Source: Chara braunii (taxonomy: Eukaryota > Plantae > Charophyceae). Taken from it: DNA of 64,000 bases. The position numbers were made by a program, and so were the translations under genes. Below are positions 13,269 to 26,166 of this stretch, piece by piece; the first letter of the stretch is position 1; each line of letters opens with the position of its first letter. The stretch is taken from assembly GCA_003427395.1 (NCBI GenBank), contig BFEA01000007.1, forward strand, positions 5,988,117 to 6,052,116. Reading direction: 5' to 3'. A model generated the notes under the pieces. That model saw nothing but the letters and a program-made list of their open reading frames with translations, searched no databases and was not told the origin of the DNA.

Positions 13269-14745
13269 GGTCTTGCTACACTACTGTCCAATGTCCAAAT
13301 TGGTCAATTAATCCTCGCTTCACTTACTTTCTACTGTCCGTGTGCGAGATGGTTTAGGTAGTGGTCGGAAACCCCATGGACAATCTACCGTCCATGAATG
13401 GACAAGTCCCAGCCTGCAAAATTTGTTTCATGGATGGTTTTCATTGAAACTCATTGTGCGGTCCTAAATTTGCACAGTGTAGCAGGAAAAGAATCTCTGG
13501 TGCCTTCGATGTTTTGAAAGTATTGTGTTTTTTTTTTCATTTCGGTTTGTTTGCAAACCGATTATATCCTTGCATTCGAGTGTCAAGCTACGCTGTCAGG
13601 CGGACCGCACGGATCACCTTTTGGATTCTGGGTGGAAGGACCCTGTCTGGCTACCTGTAACCTGCGTGCTTCATGGCCTGTTGTGTGGTTGGTTCCCTAC
13701 GTTGTTGCATGCTTGTCTGGACTCCTGCTTACCTACATGCCCGTCTGTCCGCCCACTTTTTTGTCTGTCAAACGTCCGCACTGACTCTGTGTTTACCTGC
13801 ATGGTTATCTGCGTGTGTACTTAAAAAAAAAAAAAAAAAAGTAGCCCTTGCCATGTGTCCCTGGCTTGTGCGGATCCCCTACGTGCATGGGCCGTTATCT
13901 GTGTGCCCAGCCTGCCCCGGGCCTGTATCTCACCCGTGCCTGGAGCCTGTGCCCCCGACCTAACCCGGGTCTGTGTCGCCGACCTGCCCCAAACCGGTCT
14001 GCTTGACTTATGAATAGCCATGGCATGGATGCAGGGCAAGATTCACATTGGCACCTGAGTCTGCATGCATGTGTCCCCGACTTCACCCTCGAGCTATGTC
14101 CAAGGCCTCTTTCTTCGTCTTTACTGCATGGTTGTCCTGAACTCGTATCCGCAACGTATCCTTGACTTGTGGTCCAGACCTGTGCATTGTGTTCGGCCTG
14201 CCTGCCTGTGTCCCTGCGTGCCTGCCTGTGTCTCTGCGTGCATGCATGTGTCCCTGCGTGCCTATCAGCCTATGTTGATTATTAGAGGGACTTTAGTTTT
14301 TTTTTTTAATGGAAATTTGTGTTTCAATTTCAAAATTCGGAAGGAGCAAATAATTTGATTTTTTTTTTTTTTTAATTGTTGCAAATTGATAGATTAACAA
14401 ATTGAAAAAGCAAACTCATCCGGTTAGACTGAAATTGTGCATGTCATTGCACTTCTGATGTGGATGATCTTATGTTAATGATCATGGCATAATCTGATCA
14501 ATTCAAATACTGCTTGCTGGCAGTGATTGTGGGCTGTGATGGACCTATTTCTGTCTAGGTCTACAGGGTCTCTACTGCTAGTGTCTGTTATGCACCACCT
14601 TATGGCAGTGTGGACCCTTCCCGAGAATCTTTTCAAACCCCTTTTAGTAAAATGATCGTTACTTGTTTCCAATTATACGCATACATACAACGATGAGAGA
14701 GATCAAGCAAAATTCCAGAAACTTTAAATTACCAATGCGTGTTTT

Positions 14746-14748
<3 letters not shown>

Positions 14749-14780
<32 letters not shown>

Positions 14781-14823
14781 NNNNNNNNNNNNNNNNNNNN
14801 NNNNNNNNNNNNNNNNNNNNNNN

Positions 14824-14913
<90 letters not shown>
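14749..14913. repeat. Compound (GT)n(GA)n microsatellite with internal N gap
   Basis: Directly visible. Confidence 0.97.
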
Positions 14914-14918
<5 letters not shown>

Positions 14919-16604
14919 AAGATAAATCATAAGACTCTTAACGCTGAGCTAAAAAAAAATTGGAAAAAAAAAAATTAGTACTATTAAAATTCAGAACAAC
15001 AAATTAACTCGCGAAGTTTCGAGTTAGAAAATCAATGGTATGGCAATGTTGCCATTGAATGAGGTTATTAACAAACCGAGTATATGTTGCAAGGACGATG
15101 ATTGAGGCAACATCCAGAAATCCAAATTGCAATCACAAACAAATAGTCAAAAGCCTCAAAATGAACCAGTGAGAATAATTCTACTTGAAATCACCAAAGT
15201 ACAAGAATGAACAATTTTGGCAAGGTAGCCATTCGCCATTATCCTAAAAAAGTCACAGTTTCAGCGGGTGTTCAACACTCCGTTTGTTATTTATGTTGCC
15301 GTCAGTCAGTGAGATAAGTTATGAAGTCGAAGTAAATGAAGAATGTCACCCATAGCAAACCGTCAGCACGTATCTCGTGGACCCCCCTCTCTCACTCTCT
15401 CATCGCTCCTCTTCCCCCACATGTCCTTATTGCCGAGCAACAACCAGTCAGGTCGCCTGCCTATGACGCCTAACTGCCCTCTCCTGAAAGCAGATTCAAC
15501 AGGTGAGCAGTCTGCCCTACCTTTTGGGACATATGATCTCGAGTGGTGGCCTAGAGCAGCATCACCAGCGCGACCTCATGAGCATACCACCAAGTGAAAG
15601 AATCAAGCTTTGCCCTTCCGCTTTATTCTGTGCAATGAACTTATGGAGAATTAGTACTCAGCGTGCAGGCCCAGTTTCAAGCTGTTTTCAGGGCCTGGTA
15701 CCGACATTTAGGCCATTCAACTCTGTGATGTGGACAAGGTTGCATGCATTGTTTACATTGCTCGGCGGGGCCTAAATCATGTCACACAGCATGCACCATT
15801 CACGTAGGGGGCTTAAGGTGGCGCAACGCCAATGTCTGGGACCTTATGTTATGAATTTGGTTATCTGCAAATTTCAGTCTAGACTCACACTCAGATGATC
15901 TCACACACGGCCATACATGTATAAGAAGAAGGGGAGAGGAGACAAAGTACACACTGCACACCGACATAGTAGACAACGGAAAACATTTGTGCACAGATGT
16001 GAAAACACACAAAGTGTTTCTTGCCCTCTGACGATACTCCTAACAACCAATCATCGGAAGATACTGCGAGGATAACAGTAAAACAGTAACCAAGATTGAG
16101 CCAATCAATCCAAGTATCGTTATAGAGTTTAGCCCAGTATCTCGCCACCACAGAACCTTACACGCCACTCTTTGTACCACACCCAGTTAGTAGCGCTAAT
16201 CTAAAAATAGCCTCCCAGAGGTTAGCGCCAACTAGCAGCATGCAGAACAACACCCACGATGAAATCCCCAGTGTCGAAGTAGGGACTCTGACAATGAAAG
16301 CTGAAGCTATGGCTGTAGCGCCACTTTAGAAGCTGCAACAATTTTTTTTTAATAAAAACTTTTCAGTTTGAAAAATTTTCTAATACCTTTTTTATCCCTT
16401 TTTTTTTTTTTTTTTGAAAAAAAAAATATCTTCCCTGTTTAATTTTGAAGATTTTTTATTTATTTAAAAGCAAAACCCCTTGCTTAATAATAAAGTCATC
16501 ATTAAGCAGGTTTTCGAACCGTCCGGGGCAGACCTCCGATCTTTGGGAAACTGGTAACGTGGGTTTTCGGTAACAAAGTAAGAACGGAGATAGAAAATTG
16601 TTTC

Positions 16605-18190
16605 AGTAAAACACCGAAATCCCGAAGTGTGTTTTCAGTACAAAACTACCGAAAGCACATCGATATATAATAATATAGGTGTAGAAAATAGACTAAGTAA
16701 AACACCGAAATCCCGAAATCCGTTTTCGGTACCGAAACACCGGAAGCGCATCGGGATATAATGTTCAATATGTAGAAAATAAACCAATTACAACTATGAA
16801 ATCCCGAAGTGCGTTTGTGGTACCGAAACACCAAAAGCACATCGAGATATAATATTCAAGATGGAGAAAAGAGACTAAGTAAAACACTGAAATCCCGAAG
16901 TGTGTTTTCGGTACCGAAACACCGAAAGCGCAAAGACACTAAGTAAAACACAGAAATCCCGAAGTGGGTTTTTTGTACCGAAGCACCAACAGCACATTGG
17001 GATATAATGTTCAAGGTACAAAAAAATGACTAAGTCAAATATCGAACTTTCGAAGTGTATTTTCGCTACCGAAACACCGAAAGCGCATCGGGATATAATG
17101 TTCAAGATGAAGAAAAGAGACTAAGTAAGACACCGAAATCCTGAAGTGTGTTTTCGGTACTAAAATACCGAAAGTGCAATGAGATATAATAATGTAGGTG
17201 TAGAAAATAAACTACGTAAAACACCGAAATCCCGAAGTGCATTTTCGGTACTGGAACACTGAAAGCGCATCGAGATATAAATAATATAGGTGCAAAAAAT
17301 CAACTAAGTAAAACACCGAAATCCCGAAGTGCGTTTTCGGTACCGAAACACCGAAAGCGCATCGGGATATTAAGTTCAATATGTAGAAAAGAGACTAAGT
17401 AAAATACCAAAATCCCGAAGTGCATTTTCGGTAGCCAAGCACCGAAAGCGCATCAGGATATAATGATCAAGATGTAGAAAATATGCTAAGCCAAGCACCA
17501 AAAACTCATCGGGATATAATGATCAAGATGTAGAAAATAAACTAGGTAAAACACCGAAATCCCGAAGTACGTTTTCAGTACCGAAGCACCGAAAACCCAT
17601 CGGGATATATTGTTTAAGATGTAGAAAAGAGATTAAGTAAAACACCGAAATCCTGAAGTGCGTTCGGTACCAAAGCACCGAAAACGCATCAGGATATAAT
17701 AGCCAAGATGTAGAAAATAAACGAAGTAAAACACCGAAATTCTGAAGTGCGTTTTCGGTACTGAAGCACCGAAAGCGTATCGGGATATAATGTTCAAAAT
17801 GTAGAAAATAAACTAAGTAAAACAACGAAACCCTGAAGTGTGTTTTCGGTACCGAAGCACCGAAAACGTATCGGGATATAATGATCAAAATGTAGAAAAT
17901 AAACTAAGTAAAACAACGAAACCCTGAAGTGTGTTTTCGGTACCGAAGCACCGAAAATGCATCGGGAGATAATAATCAAGATGTAGAAAATAAAACAAGT
18001 AAAACACCGAAATTTCAAAGTGCGTTTTCGGTACCGAAGCATCGAAAACACATTGGGATATAATGTTTTACATGTAGAAAAAAGACTAAGTAAAACACCG
18101 AAATCCCGAAGTGCGTTTTCGGTACCAAAACTCCAAAAGCGCATCGGGATATTATGTTCAACATGTAGAAAAAAGACTAAATAAAACACT
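16605..18190 (-). repeat. Inverted tandem array of the same ~91-bp unit (~17 copies)
   Basis: Reverse complement of the 11560-13268 unit (taagtaaaacaccgaaatcccgaagtgcgttttcggtaccgaa...). Confidence 0.95.
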
Positions 18191-18692
18191 CAAGTGTAAA
18201 ACCATGAAAATTGTGACTTAAGTGTCAGTGTACCATATATAACAGTCATTTCGCTATACATTCGATGAAAAATAAGACTCCCATTAACCATCTCTTAGGA
18301 TTTTGAATTGATTGTTTGCAATAAATAAAATAAAATAAATAATGCAAATCCCTTCCTGTTATGTGCGTCCGGCTTCGGGTGAGACCCTTCAATTGCGGTC
18401 TTCGTCGGTCCCCGGTCTCAGAAATCTTTAATTGTGATTCGAAACAACAATGATGATACATATAATAAAATCAAATTAAATATGTCATGTGTATATCAAG
18501 ATGCAAATTCAAAGGGTTGAGAACTACGACATAATGAACAAAGAAATACAATCACTAGGCAACGCCAGAAAGGAAAATCAAGGCTGACTGACTCAAGGCG
18601 TAGACAAGGTGAATGGGGGAAGAATGAAAACTCATAATAGTCTCATAAAGTACACGTGAAAGAGATCATGGCCAACACTAGTCTCGAGTCCT

Positions 18693-19380
18693 CACTCATC
18701 CCTCAGGTTCACACTCTCGATCTCTCATTTTGTTGTATGTCTTTTGTGATTTGTGCCATGTCTACGTACTCTCCGAGGTTGTGGCCTCTGTACTTAGAGC
18801 CACCTGAAACCTGCTAATTCTGAGCACTTCCAGGCTAGTCACATGATACGGAAATCAACCATAGCACAAAACTCCTCCCATAGTGTGGGAAGATATGGTT
18901 GAGAGAAAATCCGTCGTCTGAGATGCAGGAACTCAGATGACTTTGTGATTGGCTCATAGTCGATCGTATCTGGAGAGATGTACCTCTTGGCCAGGTCAAC
19001 CAGGTCACCCCAGTGAGAGTCGTATGTCAAAGTAAAAGGTACCGAAGGCTTGGGATAGTCAGCGTCGAGCTTGGGTCTAAAGCTGCGGATCAGCTTGGTA
19101 CCACTCTCATCTAACTCTTTCTCCCTCTCCTCCAGGTACTCGGTTGCTGCAATCCAGACTGAATCAAAGTAGTCATGAGTTTCCTTGCACTTTTTACATA
19201 GCGTTTCAAGTCATAGATAGTGCCATCGACGAAACTGGTAAGAATCACGAAGATTGACAGGTCTCCCTGTCTGAAACAAACTGCACTGACATATTGGTAT
19301 TGAATTGCATCCTTGAGTGCGATGTGATTGAGATTGTCGAGGACCGACTTGTCAACTGTAATGGGGTTAATCTCTCTCAT
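18693..19380 (-). pseudogene. LTR-encoded ORF-L3 (accessory-domain family), decayed
   Basis: MREINPITVD...YQYVSAVCFRQGDLSIFVILTSFVDGTIYDLKRY...WGDLVDLAKRYISP; homologous to 58499-59180. Confidence 0.75.
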
Positions 19381-19715
19381 ATGCTTAGGTAAATGGTCAC
19401 TCCCTCATAGTAGTAAGGAACCTGGTTTTAATTGACAAAATGTTTGTTGCAAATCGAATCAACTATCGTCCACTGAATAAACATCAGTTGTTGTAGAACT
19501 AACAAACCCCTGGATGTCGTTTGCTGGTTAAGCAACAGGGTGCTGGTTGAAATTGGTAGACACTTCTCAATAGCTCAGAAGATGCTGAGCGTAGCTAGGA
19601 TGACAGGCCACTGAGAACCGACAAAACCTTGATGTTGCTGAGATAGTCAATCCACTGAATAGAGATCAGAGTCAAACGTGGTTGGCCCCGTTTCCGAGAG
19701 GAGAGTCAAACCTTT

Positions 19716-20041
19716 TTATGATCGTGAGAGTCTGGCCCTAGCCTGCTCTACGGATTCTAGCCACGAGCTGGTGCTGTGTTGCTCGCCATCACTACCATAA
19801 AAATAAAACACATATTCGATGTATCTCTTCCCTCTGGCATCGCGACAACGAGTTCTCTCAGAGTCCGTATACAAGATCTCATGTCCCAGCAAACACTCTC
19901 CTCCCACCCCTCCTTGTCTTTGATAAAGTTGTACTTCATCAGCAGGATATCCACATCTTTCATTGTTTTGTCTTGTCCTCGAGACTCAGGCTGTGATAAG
20001 ACTTTAGAGAAAATAACAGCACAGTCACCGATCTTTGTCAA
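19716..20041 (-). pseudogene. LTR-encoded ORF-L2, frameshifted
   Basis: DKEGWEE...YVFYFYGSDGEQHSTSS matches DKEDGWEE...YTFYFYGLDGQLHNTFSS at 57552-57803. Confidence 0.65.
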
Positions 20042-23000
20042 CTCAAGTGAAGGAGGTAGTACTTCACGTATTGAGGTGGTTGCTATGTTTTGCTGGAAGG
20101 ACCTTAGAGAGGCCAGCCCGAATGTTACTGATCAGATCATCAAACGGTAACCATAGAGTAGAAGGGGACTCAAAGGGGACTTTTCCCTTAGAACGATTGA
20201 GTACTACCGAGCTCCCCAGCTCGGGGGGTAAGAATTTTGATGATAGTAGTTGGCGTTCACCACTCATTTAACCTCGAGAACACGAGAGATCAACTTTTCA
20301 ACTAGTCTCAGCTCTTGTTGACTTCTGAGACACTTCAGAGAGTAGGTTGGTCGAACTCTGCTTGCTAGAACAGCCTCCGAACATAAAAGCGTACCCACTG
20401 AGCTTACAAAGCCCCTTTTCCTACTGTACTCTATTCCATTGTAAGGTTCTCACCGCACCAATTCCTTTCAAATGATCCGCTTGCTCTGAGACCCTGAGAA
20501 ATACGAAAATGAACTCTCTTCAATTAGACCAATTATCAAGACGTACGGTTACAAGTCTGCTGAGCTGTGATGGGGTCGTGTGAGTCTTATCAGTGCTTCT
20601 GCAGTTTTCCGCGGGGACTCTCATCGAAGCCCTTAACATACCGACGACCACCAATTCCCTTCTCTTCCTTACAAGTTAGTACACTGACCATGACCCTTTT
20701 TCTGAGATCTTGAACGGCCCACTTAGACTTGGCCCAGTGTTAAATGGCCAATTGTTGCCCCCATCTCAGTTAGATCACCTAATGCTCAGATGAGTAGTCT
20801 CGTTATTTCAGCAATATTGTTCTGAAAACTGAGCGTACCAAAGAGAGCACAACAACCACGCTTCGGTCCCTGAGTAGCAGGACACTCCAACCACATAAAA
20901 TATGGCTGGGAATTGTAGCTTTTGTTTCGATCATTGACTTGCATTCGTGACGTTTTCCGGCTACGGGACAGACCGACCAATAGCCTGCCTCAACCCAATT
21001 CCAATGGTAATAGGCTCATCAGAGTCAGAAAAGGGGACATGTGTATGTCAAAAGTCATATCTTGACTATAGACCCTTGTCCATGATATCCCGCAACTGGT
21101 AGGTAGCATACCATCATCATCGAGTACATTAATCTATTCTTAATCAACGCTCAGACCATCGACTATTATTATCTCTAGTCTCCGTCTAATAAGAACTTGA
21201 CAATTTAAATAAAGTATATTTCTCAGTTGTTGCCTCCTCCCTCTGCGACTCATCCCTTGACGAATGCTTTCCACGACCACTCGGGGCAGACGGGTGAAAT
21301 GACAGTCCCGACTGCAGACCAAGCACCGGAGACTTCAGGCGGGCACAGGTAGGTTGACATCATCACAGCTCAACTACATGATCATGCGGTTGTCACGCCT
21401 CTTCGTGCAATCACCGCGCCTGCAAATTCGTACAGCCATACGCCCATACGATCGCACAATTACCCTTGGGCTCATGCTTTCTTAGGATCATGTGACTGTA
21501 CAAACATCTTTAGGCTCGTGTGGTTCCAGATCTGTGTGATCACTCCCCGATGATACAGTATCCTTTAGATGGATGACTTAGACTTAGCAACACTCGCGAA
21601 CTTTGTTTTCTTGACTGAATTTGGGAAGACGTCTCAAGTGAAAGGCAGATGTTTGAGATACCCAGGCTGGTCTTGGGGGACCAAATAAATTGTCCTTAGT
21701 TCTTGCGGCGTTATTGCTTAGTTGTCGTCAACCATTAATCAGATGGCGTCCCTCGTATAATAGAGACACGTGACTAGTGATGACGACAACCAAAACTGGT
21801 GAATAACTTAACAACCATTGATTTTTCCCTGAAGGGTTGAAGAGGCTACTCGCGATGGACTCTTACCTGAGGTTTTTCCCAACTTTCAAACTGACAACCC
21901 CAGTTGTGGAACCAAGCCTCCCAGGCACAATTTGATGAAGGGCCACATCCCATTCACCCGTAACAGTCATCCGATTGCTCTCCTATACCCTTTACTCCGA
22001 GTCTGCTCGCTAATCATTGGATGATTATGGAATTAAGACACGACACAAGAAAGAAACCAGGGAAAAGTAATAATGAATTATACGAACCGTGGAGGATCAG
22101 CCTCGCAATCAACAGAAAATGTAGTTGGTAATCAACTTTTCATTTCTTTTGTGAGACATCCTTAATGAAGGCAAAATCTACCGCGCGAGTCTTCCAAGAG
22201 CCCGTTCCCAAGCCTGTACAAACGTCACTGGTAGCTCTCGTTATCAAGCGGTCACTCACTAATGATCGTTCTCCTCAGGTGGGTACGGTTACTCACTAAT
22301 AATCACCCTCCTCAGTTGGCTCAAACCTCCCGACCGAGCTCGCTTAGTTGGTTAACAGTGCCCGCCTTAGGCCACTAAGCTGACAGTCAGATAGCTCTCC
22401 ACAATTTTGTCCTTCTACCTCACCAAAACTAACTCGGTCACAGCCTTACCCCAATTCATTCACTGATGATCCTGTGACTTCTGCTTACGGTGCCTTTATC
22501 TCCTCAATGCTTCAATTCTCCACCATGGTAGGACGCAACTCATGACCCATCTCGAAGAAGGTGAGCCGTCCCTTCACTGTTCGGGAGGCTCAGTCTAACA
22601 ATGATCCACGCCCAACATAGTAGAACCCTGATGACAATCGAGAATGACTGCTAACTTGGAAAGAGCAGTTGACGTCAACGACAATTTGCGAGCACGCCTC
22701 CGCATGCCTCCTTTGATCAACATACCAAGCACATGCTTCCCCCCTTTCTCATGAAGAGTCGTATCAGGGGAGGAGAGCGAAGACAGCGCCCGGAGGAAGT
22801 CACCTCCGAGGTCAGAGTCGTCACCAGGTATTGCCTCTAGACTCCAGTCCCGCAATCCTAGAAAACCAGGAGGCCTGATCGCCCAANCCCGTTCATGAAC
22901 CCGCCAATAAAAAGCCTCGTCTCTCGACTATTCTTGGGATCAGCGACGACACCAACGACCTCTCAAGCCAACCAGCCTGGTTGGTCTAGAGGAGTGAAGA

Positions 23001-23746
23001 GAACGCAGTATGATATTTGTGCGCACAACGTGCCTGACGTGAGTAGTGCCCACTGCAGTCTATAACTCCTCTCCCTCTCTCCTTCGTGTATTAGTTGTCA
23101 CGCTGTCTTTTAGCTCGCGCATGAAGTGCGCAACACGGGTGAGACAGACCCTTCTCCATTCGCCTATTCCAAAAAAACGGAACCCTTAGGCAAGAACCCC
23201 AGAGATCCCAGTACGAATTCTTGCCCTGGTTCATGACAGTGTTTCTAACTGATCATCCCCGTCTGAGCATCTGGCAGTCCTCTCTTTATTCTTGTACCAG
23301 CTCCTGTTCTTGTGACTGGCTCATTGAAGTCTGACGCCAACAACTAGTCATCAACCAAAGGTTCACTCACCGCGCTCTGACCACTCTCTTGAAGACCTTA
23401 AGATAACCACCACGTATAACGTGCACGCCCCAAGTACACTGGTCGTGGTGAGCGTGTGAAGTGCCTGCCAGGGCACTATGGTTCTTCCCGCGCCAGATTT
23501 GTGCCAGCTCCCCATGTCTCTGGTGCACACGACTCCCAAGGCAGCTACAAGCATCCCTTCTAGCAGATGACGTCAACCAAACCCCTTCGGAAAACGACTA
23601 TCTCTTCCTTATCTCGACAGGCCCCTCTCTTCACGTTAACTCTCTCACTCTGCTACGCACCCTTGCATTACACGCGTCCTTCGATGCCGTCCATGCTCAC
23701 GTCGTAGACTCTCGGAACCCTTGTTTCTTTTTCTTACCGAGCTACC

Positions 23747-24288
23747 TCAGGGTCTCACACCACGCGCCTCGTACTCCGATAGTCCTGCATCCCCTGGGCC
23801 CGCTCTCACTCGCGCTGCTGACCCCCAACTGACCTCTGGGCCACCCTCTACCCACCCTGCCAGCGGATGGTTCCTCCATATCTGGTCCAGTCCGTGCCAG
23901 GACAGTGTCGTAGCCTCTCGGTCATTTGACTCACTCTCTGCCTCTGTATCGCGATCCAAATGTTGTTGTTCCCGTTCCACCGCGTCTGTGGAGGTCCCCT
24001 TGTCCAGGTAAGTGACAGTGACCCTCATCTCGTCCGTGACCCATCCCGTCTGCACCTCCTCTCTGCGTGGTCCCTAGCCTCAGTAATCGCCCTCTGCAGG
24101 CCTGGGTCCGCTCTCACCTCCTCTTCTCTCCCGCCTTCTACGTTTATCTTTAGGTTTGCCTCCTGTCTGCCATAGCTATAGTCTAGTATAGTCGTCATCG
24201 TAGGCCCATCTCCCGACATTCGCTCCCACCTGCAGAGGGACTAGATGCATCTCGGCCTATAGCCCTATAGTCCGTTGCTCCGCACCAT
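23747..24288 (-). pseudogene. LTR-encoded ORF-L1, decayed
   Basis: MVRSN...GPTMTTILDY...LKINVEG...AITEARDHAERRCRR...VTDEMRVT; homologous to 53515-54000. Confidence 0.75.
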
Positions 24289-25600
24289 GGCGAACACTCC
24301 CAGGCGGACAGAGTACGTCCCCAGACCAGCTAACGCACTTACACGCAGACGGCAGTAACACGCCCACACTACCGCTCAGTCCCCTTTTCTGCTTCGCCAA
24401 CAGGCAGCGTGAGACTGCTCATGCCCTGATAGCCAAATGTTAGCCCTCCTTCCCTTCTTTATACGATCGGTCGTATGCCGCGACCCCAATGTTTTAAACG
24501 AGGCAACTTCTGGAACTTGGTACATCAATAACCTAGGGCTGCATAATTAATTAAATAAATTAATAAAAAAAAACAATAAGACCGATTAAAATAAATATAG
24601 CGAGGGATATATCATCAACAACCACAGCATCCGCAGACCTTCTACTATCGGTCTTTGTCGCTTCGTCTCGCTGCGAGGTGACCGCAACCCTAAAGCGGTG
24701 GTCCCATGACGGGACGTGCGCATTTTTCCTTCAAAACTCGTCGTCGGTCTGTTGCTATTGGCTACCCGTGTCCGATGGCAAGGAGCGGGCTTATGACCCT
24801 TCATTGAGGGTGATAAGCCTCCTACGAACGCGGTTGCGGGTCGCCCCTCTTTTAGGGTCCCGGTTAGCGACACTTTGCTGAACACGTCAAACCCCAGAAT
24901 GATAAGCGAAGGGTCGGCCAGTCTAGACTACCAGGCTGCACTCGGAGTTCGAAAATGACCGTTAACTACTCGTGAAGCGACAAAGGGGGAAATCGGGCAA
25001 AAGGAACCAGTGATAATAATAACAATAATAATAACAATAATAATAACAGAATAAGTAAAGAAAAGAAATCATCACGCCGCTGCGGCCAGAGGTCACTAGA
25101 CTGTCCCAAAGAGAAACGATGGTCCAGATCTATACGTTGATCTGACACTAGACTTTCTTTTCCTTTTTATCACCCTTTTCTTTTCCTTTTCTTTCTTCCT
25201 CCCTTTACCCCTTTCCCGTTCGACTGTAGTAGTGAGTCCATGTACCTAACCCATAACCTGGCAGAGGGGCACTCGGCGCGCAGTAGAAAAGATCGCGCCC
25301 GTCCCTCTACCTTTGCGTCCCAGGGCGAGCCCGGCGGCTACCACGGTTACAGGCCGGTAGTGCTCTGCTATACAGCAGGGCGCCGAGCCCGCGTGGACCA
25401 AAGGCAAGTCATGTGGCGCACACAACCTTTTGTCAAGGTAAGCACTAACAGGAACGGTCCACGTCGGGGTACAACTCGGGTACCAGGAGGTTTGCTGAGG
25501 TTCGGAAACACGCCTACAAACCGCGGCGTCCGAATGAGGAACCGATGCTGAGTAGGAGCCTGACACACAGAGGAGGGTCGGGACACCACGCCCTCCGATA

Positions 25601-26166
25601 TAATACCAAACCCCCACCCAGCGTTCCTGCTCGGTCGAAACGTGTTTCGCATCCGGTATAAAATAACCTGTACTAGCGGTACGTTCATTCTACCTGATTG
25701 CAACTTGCGGCGAGGTTCGTTTTGCAGCCTCTGCGCTAGCCAGTCTCTCGCATTCTCACACCGCTCGCATTCTTCTCTCTTACAGCTCGCGGCAACTAGC
25801 GCAATCAGCGCAATTAATTTTTTTTCTTCCTTCTTCTGCAGTTCGCAATTCCTACACTGCAGTACTCCTTAGTACAACGTCCTTTTGTTTCTCTCATTTT
25901 TTCTTCTTAGTTACCATCTCGTTTCCACCATGCCTGAAGCACGTAGAGGACAGGGTAGAGAAAGAAGAGGAAGGGCAGGGAAGGCCCGTGAAGAGCCGCC
26001 GCCTCGTGCAAGGCGCGAGTATAGTTCAGAGGAGGAGGAGGAAGATATACGGGGTTATGGCTCACACACCCGGCTCTACTTACGCCATCTCCCTTCAAGT
26101 TGGTATGAGAGGACTCCATCCCCAGAGAAGATGAAGTATTTTCGGAAGAAATTTGAGGTGCGTTAC
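25601..26166 (-). mobile_element. 3' internal segment and polypurine tract of the giant-LTR family
   Basis: Homologous to ~62620-63150. TGGGTGGGGGTTTGGTATTA abuts the LTR. Ends abruptly against the RNase H of element B. Confidence 0.85.

Larger units (their letters stand above)
11339..18296. mobile_element. Foldback-type DNA element with long inverted satellite arms and 8-bp TSD
   Basis: TSD AGGATTTT at 11331-11338 and 18297-18304. TGGTTAATGG sits 6 nt in from each end in inverted orientation. The flanks rejoin to a sequence matching the uninterrupted LTR at ~59550-59590. Confidence 0.85.
11271..25600 (-). repeat. 3' LTR (~7.36 kb net) of the giant-LTR family, interrupted by a foldback element
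   Basis: Starts TATCGGAGGGCGTGGTGTCCCGACCC (matches 52227), ends AAAAAGTGTGACA (matches 59630). PPT-like tract adjacent at 25601-25620. Net length matches the 7404-bp copy. Confidence 0.88.

Noticed and set aside
14475-14672. Possible Mutator-like transposase fragment
   Set aside because: Only a vague resemblance over 65 aa; no catalytic motif.
11606-18189. Many 60-180 aa ORFs across the satellite arrays
   Set aside because: Translation artefacts of a 91-bp unit cycling through the frames.
11560-18190. CRISPR-like array (palindromic repeats at a regular period)
   Set aside because: The whole 91-bp unit repeats with no unique spacers, there are no cas genes, and the context is eukaryotic TE.
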